Positions 46,160 through 55,599 of a stretch of DNA of 64,000 nucleotides are shown piece by piece. The notes below the pieces were generated by a model. The model did no database searches. It was not told where the DNA came from and saw only the letters and a program-made list of their open reading frames with translations. The DNA comes from an uncultured Candidatus Binatia bacterium (GTDB taxonomy: Bacteria > Desulfobacterota > Binatia > UBA9968 > CAXXLF01), in assembly GCA_965218425.1 (NCBI GenBank), contig OZ244621.1, forward strand, positions 2,624,001-2,688,000, given 5' to 3'. A program made the translations under genes and the position numbers. Every line of letters starts with the position of its first letter. Position 1 is the stretch's first letter.

Positions 46160-47267
46160 GAGACTCAAAGAGGCCGAGCGGCTCATGGTGATCTGCAATG
46201 CCTGCCGCTACTGTTCGGGTTACTGTGGGGTGTTCCCGGCCATGGAACGGAAGAGGACTTTCACTAAGCAAGATCTCGTTTATCTCTCCAACCTCTGCTT
46301 CGAATGCCGGGCCTGTCTCTACGCGTGCCAGTACGCTCCACCCCACGAGTTTGGGGTGAATGTTCCCAAGGCCTTCGCTGAACTCCGGGTGGATACTTAT
46401 AGTGACTACACCTGGCCGCGAATTTTTTCGGGTCTTTTTCGCCGCAGCGGGTTGACGGTTGCGGTGACCACCACCCTGTGCGTGGCCTTGGCGCTGCTGT
46501 TGACGTTGACCTTACGGGGACCTTCGGTCCTGTTCGCCACACATGTGGGAAGTGGGGCCTTCTACGCGGTGGTACCGTTCGCGGCGATGGTGCTACCAGC
46601 CTCGGCAATGATGCTGTACGTTTTCCTGGTCTTTTTGGCGGGTTTCGTTAAATTTTTGCGCGACACTGGAGGGCAACTGAAAGAGGTGATCAATGCCGCT
46701 GCCTTTTTTCGGGCTATGCAGGATGCCTTCGGGCTTGTTTACATGAAGGGTGGCGGTGCCGGATGCAACTATCCGGACGACGAATTCTCACATAAAAGGC
46801 TCTGGTACCATCACCTGGTCTTTTACGGTTTCCTGCTCGACCTGGCTGCAACAACGGTGGCCGCCGTCTATCACCATTTCCTGCACTGGGAAGCGCCTTA
46901 CCCCATCTGGAGTGCTCCGGTGGCGCTCGGCACCGTCGGTGGTGTTATGCTACTGATCGGCACTGGGGGTTTGCTGCTCCTCAAGGCGCGCAGCGATAAG
47001 GAAGCTTCAGATCCGCAAATGCTTCGTATGGACGTTGCCTTCCTCGTGCTACTTTTCATGACCAGCCTCACGGGGTTGCTTCTTCTGGCCTTCCGAGAGA
47101 CGCCGGCCATGGGAACGCTCCTGGCAGTGCACCTGGGTGTGGTCGCCGGTCTATTTTTGACCCTGCCCTATGGCAAGTTCGCCCATGCCGTATACCGCTA
47201 TGCGGCGCTGGTGCGGAATGCCATCGAGGAGCGCCAGGAAGCGGAACAAGACACCGTCTCTGGTTAA
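46146..47267 (+). CDS. tcuB: Tricarballylate utilization 4Fe-4S membrane protein
   Basis: ICNACRYCSGYC.VFPAME, LCFECRACLYACQYAPPHEF, HHLVFYGF, PYGKFAH; overlaps tcuA. Confidence 0.92.
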   Translation: MPSPERLKEAERLMVICNACRYCSGYCGVFPAMERKRTFTKQDLVYLSNLCFECRACLYACQYAPPHEFGVNVPKAFAELRVDTYSDYTWPRIFSGLFRRSGLTVAVTTTLCVALALLLTLTLRGPSVLFATHVGSGAFYAVVPFAAMVLPASAMMLYVFLVFLAGFVKFLRDTGGQLKEVINAAAFFRAMQDAFGLVYMKGGGAGCNYPDDEFSHKRLWYHHLVFYGFLLDLAATTVAAVYHHFLHWEAPYPIWSAPVALGTVGGVMLLIGTGGLLLLKARSDKEASDPQMLRMDVAFLVLLFMTSLTGLLLLAFRETPAMGTLLAVHLGVVAGLFLTLPYGKFAHAVYRYAALVRNAIEERQEAEQDTVSG

Positions 47268-47353
47268 GCTCAGTAACGAATCATTGGTATCTATAAGGTC
47301 CTGGGGCTGCACTTTTCAGGACTCAACCGGCGGTTGCGTTATGGCAAACGGAA

Positions 47354-48349
47354 TTAATTTACCCGTGAAAGGACGTTCTCAGCGAAGCGCTGCAGGAAGT
47401 CTTTGCGATCCTGGAGTGTCTTGGGCAGGTTTAAGATGGTCATGTTGACGTAGCTGACACCTTTATCTGCGAGCCGAAGGAAACCCCCCACGCAGTCGTC
47501 GGGACCACCCGCCACGGCCCAGTCGGCCACCTGCGAGTCGGAGTCGATGTTGATCTTTACCATGGCGTTCTCCTGCATGTTCCAGGTCTTGTAAGTGCGG
47601 TAGGATGACTCGGCGGCTTCCTGCGCCTGTTCTGTGGCCGATTTTCGATTCGATGCAAAGCTTACGCCCCGGGAAATCGTTATTCGACCTGCGTCTTGCC
47701 CCGTCTTTGCCCGTTCGTCCCGGTAAATGGAGATCAAACCGCTGAGATCGTCAAAGCCCACCTGAGGTGCAAGGTAACAAGCATCGGCGATCCTCGCCGC
47801 CCGGCGTACGGCTCCCTCACTCTGGCAGGCCATCCAGATGGGCGGGTGCGGCTGTTGAAGCGGCACAAACCCCATCCTGGCCTTGTGCACGGTCCAGTAC
47901 TTTCCTTCAAAATCAATCTCTTCCCCCGTCCATAGCCGCTTCATGAGTTGGATGGACTCGGTGAGTCTTGGTACCCGGTCCTTGCGGGTGGCGCCCACGG
48001 CCTCCAGTTCCGTGTCTCGGTAGCCGAGGCCGGCGCCCAATACGAAACGGCCTTTGCTGACATGATCCAAGGTGGCTGCATCCTCGGCCACCTGAAGGGG
48101 ATTGTGTAACGGCAACAAGAGGATGCCGGTGAGCAAGCGCATATTACCCGTCTCCGGGGCAAGCCTTGCCAGCATCTGAAAAGGTTGCGGCCAGATGGTG
48201 GGGTGAGAGACCCAATGCTGGGGCATGGCTACTCCTGCGAAGCCACAATCCCGTGCCACGTGACAGATCTCCACCACATCGTCGATCTGCTCATGAAGTG
48301 GCCTTGACCGGTCGGTTAGAAAAGAGCGAAGGTAAAGTCCGAATTCCAC
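47354..48349 (-). CDS. LLM-class flavin/F420-dependent oxidoreductase
   Basis: LLPLHNPLQVAEDAATLDHVSKGRFVLGAGLGYR, PLQQPHPPIW, AVRRAAR. Confidence 0.9.
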   Translation of the reverse strand: MEFGLYLRSFLTDRSRPLHEQIDDVVEICHVARDCGFAGVAMPQHWVSHPTIWPQPFQMLARLAPETGNMRLLTGILLLPLHNPLQVAEDAATLDHVSKGRFVLGAGLGYRDTELEAVGATRKDRVPRLTESIQLMKRLWTGEEIDFEGKYWTVHKARMGFVPLQQPHPPIWMACQSEGAVRRAARIADACYLAPQVGFDDLSGLISIYRDERAKTGQDAGRITISRGVSFASNRKSATEQAQEAAESSYRTYKTWNMQENAMVKINIDSDSQVADWAVAGGPDDCVGGFLRLADKGVSYVNMTILNLPKTLQDRKDFLQRFAENVLSRVN

Positions 48350-48434
48350 TAAAGCATCCCCAACGAAAAAGGAGAGTCTTCACACCCACATTCACGGGCC
48401 AGATATAACATGCAATCCAAAAATTTCCTATTGG

Positions 48435-48453
48435 TGGAGAAATGTTTTCTCCA
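48435..48453. promoter_or_regulatory. Perfect 8-3-8 palindrome between the divergent LLM and panE genes (candidate operator)
   Basis: TGGAGAAA-TGT-TTTCTCCA. Confidence 0.4.
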
Positions 48454-48506
48454 GGTTGATATGATGCACACCGGCGCAACTTCCATGGGTGTTTGAGGAG
48501 GTTCCC

Positions 48507-49442
48507 ATGCGTATTGCAGTGTTCGGCACGGGTGGAGCGGGGGGGTACTACGGCGCACGACTGGCGCAGGCCGGAGAGGACGTCACGTTTATCGCGCGGG
48601 GTGAGCATTTACGGTCCATCCAGGAGCATGGCCTGCGTGTGGATAGCCCTAACGGCGACTTTGTGCTCCCCTCTGCGCGTGCCATCAGTGACCCGGGGCA
48701 AATAGGAAAGGTGGATGTCGTCATACTGGGGGTAAAGGCATGGCAGGTGCAAGAGGCCGCCAAAGCCGTGAGTTCTTTGCTTGGGCCGGAATCTGTCGTG
48801 GTGCCGTTGCAAAATGGGGTCGAGACCCCTGACCGACTGGCAGCGGTTTTAGGTCGTGAGCATGTTTTCGGTGGCTTGGCCAAGATCTTCAGCTCGGTCA
48901 TCGCGCCGGGGCACATTCAACACGTTGGTGGACCCACCTCCGTCACTTTTGGCGAGTTGGACAACCGTCCCAGCGAACGTGCGGAAAAACTGCGCGGGGT
49001 CTTCGCCCAGGCAGGAATCGGTGCCGATATACCTCCAGATATTCAGGTGGCCATGTGGGAGAAGCTGTTGTTTGTAGCTTCCTTTGGGGGAGTGGGTGCT
49101 GTGACACACGCTCCCATCGGTATCATTCGCACTCTGCCGGAGACCCGACGGATGTTGGAAGAGGGAATGCGCGAAATCTTCCAGGTCGGCAGGGCCCGAA
49201 GGATTCAACTGGATGACGATGTCGTGGACAGGACAATGGCTTTTGCCGATAGCCAGCCACCCGCCGGAACCGCCTCAATGCAGCGGGACATCATTGCCGG
49301 ACGGCCCTCCGAACTGGAGGCGTGGAATGGTGCGGTGGTGCGCTTGGGACGGCAGGTGAATGTCGCCACACCCGTGCACGGCTTTCTTTATCACTCCTTA
49401 CTGCCCTTGGAGCTGCGTGCGCGTGGGCAAATTCACTTCTAG
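48507..49442 (+). CDS. panE: 2-dehydropantoate 2-reductase (ketopantoate reductase family)
   Basis: MRIAVFGTGGAGGYYG, ARGEH, GVKAWQ, PLQNG, MWEKL, SMQRD...RPSELE; GAGGAGG RBS. Confidence 0.9.
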   Translation: MRIAVFGTGGAGGYYGARLAQAGEDVTFIARGEHLRSIQEHGLRVDSPNGDFVLPSARAISDPGQIGKVDVVILGVKAWQVQEAAKAVSSLLGPESVVVPLQNGVETPDRLAAVLGREHVFGGLAKIFSSVIAPGHIQHVGGPTSVTFGELDNRPSERAEKLRGVFAQAGIGADIPPDIQVAMWEKLLFVASFGGVGAVTHAPIGIIRTLPETRRMLEEGMREIFQVGRARRIQLDDDVVDRTMAFADSQPPAGTASMQRDIIAGRPSELEAWNGAVVRLGRQVNVATPVHGFLYHSLLPLELRARGQIHF

Positions 49443-49842
49443 CTTTGGGGACGGCACTTCCTCAGAGCAATGAAAACACTAGAGTTGACCATATTCGGTG
49501 TAGTTTTACCGGGCTTCAGGCTAAGTTTCCCGAACTCGTTTGGGAGCACGTTAAGGCCGGCTATTATCACTTCACCAACGGCAACGTGATCTTTCGAGGT
49601 CCCGCGCCTGCCTCGGGCCTCTACGAAGACAGCCTGCTTACCTTCCCGGCCTTCAAGGCCTAGTGGTCGCGGTTCTTGACAGAATTTATTACTTAAATTT
49701 GGTTATGGTGCAGGCAATCCGGTTGCTTCGCACCAGTAGGAAGCATCGTAGAATCGCTCAGGGGGATGATATGGGGGGCGGGGGTTGGGAAATACAGACG
49801 GTCCATGTATCATGTGTGATTCGGGTTAACGCCCCTTGAGCT

Positions 49843-50721
49843 ATGATCGAGTTATTATCGCTTGCCACCGCCCTCATGTACGCGCTGAGTCACATCGCCG
49901 TGAGAAAGGGCTTAGCTTTTGGCTCCAATGCTATCACCGCGGCGAATCTATCCCTATTTATAACTTTTTTCGTGTTTTTGGTTTTGCTTTCTGTTTTTGT
50001 GCCCTTCGACCGGTGGAGTGTTTGGGCGCTGCCATATTTTTTATCCGCTGGAATACTTGCTCCCGGTCTATTTCGCTTTTTACTTTATTCCGCTATTTCA
50101 CGGGTTGGCATTGCGGTGGCGACCGTGGCTACGAATGTGTACCCGTTGGTTGCCGTTGTTGTCTCAATGATATTTCTTGGCGAGCGGCTCACTCCTCTGA
50201 AGGCCCTGGGGGTCGCGTTTATTCTGGGTGCTGTTTTCCTTGCCGCACCCAAGGGGAAAAACCGAAGGTTCGACCTTGATACCCTGTCCAACCGGGGATT
50301 TATGCTGGCAGTCACAGCGGCACTAGTCCGGGGGGCATCCGAGACCCTGCGGAAGTCCGGCCTCTTTGTATTGGATTCGCCGATTTTCGGTGCCGCCACT
50401 GCCAATGGGGGGGGGTTTTTAGTCTCGGTGTTTCTCCTGGCGGGATCGAGTTCCACCCGGAGCGCCCTGACCTATGAGAAAAGGAGCATGATATATTTCC
50501 TCTTCTCCAGCCTGTTTCAGGTGGCGGCATGGATATTGGGCTTTTATGCTCTCTCCTACGGAGAAGTGGTGCGGGTTGCGCCCATTGTTGGATCGGTTCC
50601 GCTTTTCACCGTGCTGCTCAGTGCGGTTTTGTTGCGGGGAGTGGAGCAAATTACCCCGAGGATCATCGTGGCCAGCTTGCTCGTTGGAGTAGGCGTGGTC
50701 TCGATCCATCTCGGCTCATGA
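49843..50721 (+). CDS. EamA/DMT-family transporter
   Basis: Two 5-TM repeats; IFLGERLT, GEVVRVAPI...PLFTVLLS...EQIT. Confidence 0.88.
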   Translation: MIELLSLATALMYALSHIAVRKGLAFGSNAITAANLSLFITFFVFLVLLSVFVPFDRWSVWALPYFLSAGILAPGLFRFLLYSAISRVGIAVATVATNVYPLVAVVVSMIFLGERLTPLKALGVAFILGAVFLAAPKGKNRRFDLDTLSNRGFMLAVTAALVRGASETLRKSGLFVLDSPIFGAATANGGGFLVSVFLLAGSSSTRSALTYEKRSMIYFLFSSLFQVAAWILGFYALSYGEVVRVAPIVGSVPLFTVLLSAVLLRGVEQITPRIIVASLLVGVGVVSIHLGS

Positions 50722-50766
50722 ACAATCGACTCTTATCCATAGAACGGTTAATAAAACGAATCCAAC

Positions 50767-50838
50767 GAGGTTTTTTGTGACAATTCGCTATCGCGTTAAA
50801 AACCGAGTTCCGAAGCTCGAAATGTCACAAAAAACCGC
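50767..50838. repeat. 21-bp inverted repeat (19/21) with 30-nt spacer
   Basis: GAGGTTTTTTGTGACAATTCG / CGAAATGTCACAAAAAACCGC. Confidence 0.6.
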
Positions 50839-50840
50839 AT

Positions 50841-51047
50841 TCAAATCCGAAGTCTCAATTTCGAAATTCGAAGCAGTGCCGAAATTCAAATCACCGAAAT
50901 CCTGAACTTTTCAACCCTTGGGTTTCGGACGTTTGCCGTATTGTCGGCTGAAATTGTTTGGAATCTTATGTTCCCGGTCATTTGGATTTGTTTGGTATTT
51001 CGGATTTCGAGTTTGTCATTTTTTTACTTTGCGTCTTTGTGCGGGTC
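50841..51047. repeat. Dispersed intergenic repeat family B, copy 2
   Basis: AAATCCG/AAATTCG heptamer arm and TTTCGGA/TTTCGAG arm; shared core with 30756-30817; CTTTGCGTCTTTGTGCG tail. Confidence 0.7.
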
Positions 51048-51125
51048 TTTTCTTTTCCGACTTGGATTGATATAGGGTGTAACCTTCAACCTTCACTATG
51101 ATTCAAGACTGCGGGGTGTATTAAA

Positions 51126-51896
51126 GTGATTGAGGCTGTGGGATATGCGGCCCCCATTTGGGTATCTGGGGCGGCCGCTCTCGTTACCTTCACGGCGGGT
51201 ATGCTTGCGTTAGTGGGGGGGATGCCTGCAGGACGGCGTCTTCATTTCCTCCTTGGGTTAACCTCCGGAGTGTTGCTGACAACGGCCTTTGTGGATTTGA
51301 TTCCGGAGGCCATGAGCGGGGGAAGGTTAACGGGGTTGACCATGACCCTTGGTTTTTTAGCGCTCTATGCTGTGGAATGGGCGGTGGGGGTGCACGGCCA
51401 CGGCGAAGGCCTTACGGCTACACAAGGGGAAGTGGACACCCACTTCCACCGTCATGCGCCCAATCTTCCAATGGTGGCCTTCACGGCCCTTGCGTTACAT
51501 CGCCTGGTGGACGGCATTGCGTTGCCGGCGGCGTTCCATGCTAGCAATGCCATCGGATTGACCGCCGGAGGTGCGATTCTGGTCCATCAGTTCCCCGACG
51601 GGTTTGTGGCTGCCGTACTGTTTATGGCCGGTGGCTGGTCGCGGGGTCGCCTTATTGGAGCTGTGGGCGTCCTTGCACTGCTCACTCCTGTGGGGAGTCT
51701 CATCGGCATCGCCCTGGTTGGTGTGCCGGAGTGGTATCCCCATATCGTTGGGTTCGCGGCTGTGACGTTCATTTTCATCGCCGTCGCGGAACTCATGCCT
51801 GAGCTTCACCACGGTCCCCACAAGCCGACCGTTGGAGTTAGCCTTGTGATCGGGGTATTGGTCGCCTATGGGATACATTGGTTCGTTGGGGAATGA
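51126..51896 (+). CDS. ZIP-family (ZupT-like) metal transporter
   Basis: SGVLL..AFVDLIPEA, His-rich loop HGHG...HFHRH, LHRLVDG, HQFPDG, LTPVG, AELMPELHH. Confidence 0.88.
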   Translation: MIEAVGYAAPIWVSGAAALVTFTAGMLALVGGMPAGRRLHFLLGLTSGVLLTTAFVDLIPEAMSGGRLTGLTMTLGFLALYAVEWAVGVHGHGEGLTATQGEVDTHFHRHAPNLPMVAFTALALHRLVDGIALPAAFHASNAIGLTAGGAILVHQFPDGFVAAVLFMAGGWSRGRLIGAVGVLALLTPVGSLIGIALVGVPEWYPHIVGFAAVTFIFIAVAELMPELHHGPHKPTVGVSLVIGVLVAYGIHWFVGE

Positions 51897-51977
51897 TCGA
51901 CAACCCGGGAATACGATGGTGTTATATGCTTCTCAACATCATAGTTTTCTCTGAGATTTTCTTCGGGGATTAGTGAA

Positions 51978-52919
51978 ATAGAATACACCATTTTGGGCAG
52001 GACTGGTTTGAGGGTGAGCGTCGCCGGTCTTGGCGCCGGCGGGAGCAGTCGGCTGGACCGGGCCACGGGGAGAAGCGAGAAAGAATCCGTTGCCTTGGTG
52101 CGCCAGGCACTGGATTTGGGAATCAATTTGATCGATACGGCTGAGGCCTATGGAACCGAGTCCATCGTGGGCAAGGCCATGGAGAGTTTCCCGCGGGATC
52201 GGGTCATTCTCTCCACGAAGAAACAACTTCCACCTCCTGATCACCCGAATCCCGTCGGCGAAGTGAGAAAATCTTTAGAACAAAGCCTTCAAAAGCTCAA
52301 AACCGACTATATCGATATTTACCACGCCCACGGGGTCAAACCCCATCAGTACTCGTATGCCCGTGATGTCCTTGCACCCATCTTTTTGAAGATGCGTGAG
52401 GAGGGCAAGATCCGATTCCTTGGGGTCACGGAGTATTTCGGTCCTGACGCGGGTCATCGTATGCTCACGCAAGCCCTGGAGGGGGATTGCTGGGACGTTG
52501 TCATGCCCGGCTTCAACATTTTGAATCCATCGGCCCGGGACAGAGTTTTTACAAAAACAACAGTGAAGAATATAGGAGTGCTGGTTATGTATGCGGTTCG
52601 AAGCGCCCTCAGTCAACCAGATCGACTCCGGACGGTGGTCTCGCAGTTGAAACAGGAGGGGAAGATTCCAAAAGATTCCTGTGACTCCAAAGATCCCCTT
52701 TCGTTCTTGATGGGGAAAGGCAAGGCCTCAACCCTGCCCGAGGTCGCCTACCGCTTTTGCCGGCATGAGCCTGGCGTCCATGTGATCCTGACCGGTACGG
52801 GTGACCCCGATCATTTGAAGGCCAATGTGGAGACCCTCTCCAAACCTCCCTTGCCCGAAGGCGATTTGCAACGTCTTCAAGAAATCTTCGGATCACTGGA
52901 CTCCGTTACGGGTGGGTAA
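51978..52919 (+). CDS. Aldo/keto reductase
   Basis: EYTILGRTGLRVS, GINLIDTAEAYG, STK, LEQSLQKLKTDYIDIY, EGKIRFLG; expected start position is ATA (51978), otherwise TTG 51993. Confidence 0.88.
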   Translation: MEYTILGRTGLRVSVAGLGAGGSSRLDRATGRSEKESVALVRQALDLGINLIDTAEAYGTESIVGKAMESFPRDRVILSTKKQLPPPDHPNPVGEVRKSLEQSLQKLKTDYIDIYHAHGVKPHQYSYARDVLAPIFLKMREEGKIRFLGVTEYFGPDAGHRMLTQALEGDCWDVVMPGFNILNPSARDRVFTKTTVKNIGVLVMYAVRSALSQPDRLRTVVSQLKQEGKIPKDSCDSKDPLSFLMGKGKASTLPEVAYRFCRHEPGVHVILTGTGDPDHLKANVETLSKPPLPEGDLQRLQEIFGSLDSVTGG

Positions 52920-55144
52920 GTTGCGGATACTCCCTTCGCTTGCAAGGCTTGAAACACCTTTTCCGAAGTAACCGGCAGGTCCCGAATACGTACCCCCGCG
53001 GCATCCTCCACAGCGTTTGCTATGGCAGCCGCCACGGGCGTGTTGGGGTTCTCCCCGATTCCCTTGACATTGTACGGACCCACGCCGCTTTGTCCCTCGA
53101 GAACCACGGTTGTGAGCGGTGGAATATCTTTTACTGTGGGAATCTTATAATCGCCGAAGTGAAGGGTGGTCACATGCCCCTCATCCACCAGCAGTTGTTC
53201 CATTAATCCGAAGCCTATTCCTTGAATGACACCACCGTCGATCTGCCCTTGATGACCAATGGGATTCATGACGGTTCCTGCGTCGTGGGCCGTGGTAAAA
53301 CGGAGCACCTTGATCTCGCCCGTTTGGGGATCCACGAAGACTTCTGCAACCTGGGCGGTAAAGGAGGTTACGTGAGCCTGGCCCGAGTCTTTGTTGATCA
53401 CCTGTTTGAAAATGGTTTTTCCCGCGCGGGATAATAATTGGTCCCAACGCTGCCGTTGTCGAGTTTTCTTGCGCACGACTTCTCTTCCTACGAGAGCGAG
53501 TTCCTCCCGGGGCCATCCCAGCTCCTCCTCCACCAAGCGAAAGAGTTCTTGCTTGGTTTGCTTCGCTGCTTCAAAGGCAGTCTTGGTCGCGGTGCGGGTT
53601 CCCCGGCTGCCCCCGATGCCTGAATCGAAAGGAGAGGAATCTGTGTCCAAGGTCTTGATTTGGATTTCATCCGGGCGGATGGAAAGCTCTTCTGCCACGA
53701 TTTGCCTGTGGGTGGTATAAGTCCCGGTCCCTTGCTCCACCACCCCCGTATGCAGCACCACGGATCCGTCAGGGTTAAGCTCTACAGCCAGTGAGGTTTC
53801 TCCTCCTCCGGGTTTTCGCTCTCCCATGGCGACCCCTCGCCCGACGTTGGGTAACTTGCGGGACCTGTAGCGCGCGGCTTTCTCAGCGGCATCGAGGGTC
53901 TCCTTCGCCCTGAGTTCCTGGTAGGCGCCTCCCGTCAGCATGCTGTCCCCTGCTTGGATTAGGTTCTTTTGCCGGAAGTCAACCGGGTCCATGCCGAGTT
54001 TGCGGGCCACGCAATCCATATGGGATTCAGCGGCGAAAAACGATTGCGGTTCCCCGGGAGCCCTCATCTGACCTCCGGGGATGTTATTGGTGTAGATTCG
54101 CTTTACCGAGATGCGTGCGTGGGGGCACTTGTACCAGGCTCCCCCCTGGGCGGCGCCGTTGATGACGGCCCCCGGCCTGAGGCCACCGTAAGCTCCGCTG
54201 TCGAAATAGGCGTCCATTCCATAGGCAACCAGGGCGCCGTCCTTCATGACTCCCGTCTTCATATGAAAAACAGCCCTGTGCCGTGGGTCACCGGCCATGA
54301 ACTCTTCCTGATAATCCATGACCATCTTCACGGGACGCCCACTCTTTAACGCTAGAAAATAACAAACGGGCTCGTCCAGGGCGCCTCCCTTTCCGCCGAA
54401 ATCACCTCCGATGGTGACGGGGTTCACCAGGATGCGCTCCGCGGGTATGTTAAGTGCTTCTGACATGCTCTCCTTGACTCCATGGGGGGCCTTGCTGGAA
54501 GACCAGATCTGCACCCGTTCCTGGCGGTCAATCCAGACGAGGCAGCAGTGGGGTTCAATAAACGCCTGGTGCACTCGGGGAACGGTAAAGGTGTTTTCGA
54601 TGACAATGTCAGACTGGCGGAATCCGGCTTCAATGTCACCCTTTTCGTGGAGATCGTGAACATAGGCGTTGGATGGCCTTTCCAGTTTTTCGGGAAGGCC
54701 CGAGTAGCTGTTCACGTCGGGATGAATGATAGGAGCGCTTTCTTCAAGTGCCGCTAGAGGATCGAAGACAGCCGGCAACTCTTCGTAATCCACGTGGATG
54801 AGTTCAAGGGCCGCCTCGGCCGCCTGGCGGCCTTGCGCCGCCACCGCCGCCACGCGTTCTCCTGCGAATCGGACCCGATCCTGGGCCAAGACCGACAGAT
54901 CCCGGTAACGGCGTCCATAGAGGATGCCGCGCACGTCGTCCCTTGTGATGACGGCGTGTACGCCGGGCGCCGACTCGGCCCGTGAGGTGTCGATGCCGAC
55001 GATGCGTGCATGGGGGTAGGGACTCCGCAGGGTCTTTGCCCAGAGGGTCCCAGGCAGCATGGCGTCGACGGAGTACTTTTCTTCACCGGTGACTTTTGCG
55101 AATTCCGCCCGAGGGGTGGAATGTCCAACGATGCGATACGACAC
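52877..55144 (-). CDS. Xanthine dehydrogenase-family molybdopterin-binding subunit (third, more divergent copy)
   Basis: KVTG, LRSPYPHARI, GGDFGGK, MRAPGEPQ, GIGGSRGT, GQIDGG, KGIGE; 43-nt convergent overlap with the AKR gene. Confidence 0.92.
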   Translation of the reverse strand: MSYRIVGHSTPRAEFAKVTGEEKYSVDAMLPGTLWAKTLRSPYPHARIVGIDTSRAESAPGVHAVITRDDVRGILYGRRYRDLSVLAQDRVRFAGERVAAVAAQGRQAAEAALELIHVDYEELPAVFDPLAALEESAPIIHPDVNSYSGLPEKLERPSNAYVHDLHEKGDIEAGFRQSDIVIENTFTVPRVHQAFIEPHCCLVWIDRQERVQIWSSSKAPHGVKESMSEALNIPAERILVNPVTIGGDFGGKGGALDEPVCYFLALKSGRPVKMVMDYQEEFMAGDPRHRAVFHMKTGVMKDGALVAYGMDAYFDSGAYGGLRPGAVINGAAQGGAWYKCPHARISVKRIYTNNIPGGQMRAPGEPQSFFAAESHMDCVARKLGMDPVDFRQKNLIQAGDSMLTGGAYQELRAKETLDAAEKAARYRSRKLPNVGRGVAMGERKPGGGETSLAVELNPDGSVVLHTGVVEQGTGTYTTHRQIVAEELSIRPDEIQIKTLDTDSSPFDSGIGGSRGTRTATKTAFEAAKQTKQELFRLVEEELGWPREELALVGREVVRKKTRQRQRWDQLLSRAGKTIFKQVINKDSGQAHVTSFTAQVAEVFVDPQTGEIKVLRFTTAHDAGTVMNPIGHQGQIDGGVIQGIGFGLMEQLLVDEGHVTTLHFGDYKIPTVKDIPPLTTVVLEGQSGVGPYNVKGIGENPNTPVAAAIANAVEDAAGVRIRDLPVTSEKVFQALQAKGVSATYPPVTESSDPKIS

Positions 55145-55328
55145 TTTTGTACCTCCACGAATCCAGTGAAGGTAGAACCTATTTCATCTCCCGGAAAAAT
55201 ACAACGAGTTTTGTGCCCTGCGGGCAAAAGCGCAAAACTTTCAGAAATTAACCGCCGATTTATGCAGATAGACGTCGAGGGGCGTGCGCTGAGCGTATGG
55301 CGCAAAGCGACTGAAATTAGTGACGGGC

Positions 55329-55475
55329 AATGAGCGCTGAGGACTGAGTGAGGTGGGATGAGAATCGAGAATAGAGGGTTGAAGATGGAAAAGGGGCTGA
55401 AAGAGAGATCCGGACGCTATGCGCTCTATCCTTTGCCGTTTTGCGTCTCCGTTAATCGGCGAAAATCTGCGGTTA
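55329..55475 (-). repeat. Dispersed intergenic repeat family A, copy 2 (inverted relative to 15350-15479)
   Basis: Reverse complement aligns with 15350-15479, including a 22-nt exact match. Confidence 0.8.
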
Positions 55476-55509
55476 AAGCCCTACTTGGCGGCTTGACGGG
55501 AAAAATTTG

Positions 55510-55538
55510 TTGAAATCGTTCCCTGGTGGGCATAGGAT
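55510..55538 (+). promoter_or_regulatory. Sigma70-like promoter for the MFS gene
   Basis: TTGAAA-N17-TAGGAT. Confidence 0.4.
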
Positions 55539-55599
55539 CTAGATTCTTTTTAGTGGATTGCCGCGCAATCCGGTCTGCGAATTAGTGTACGAGATTAGT

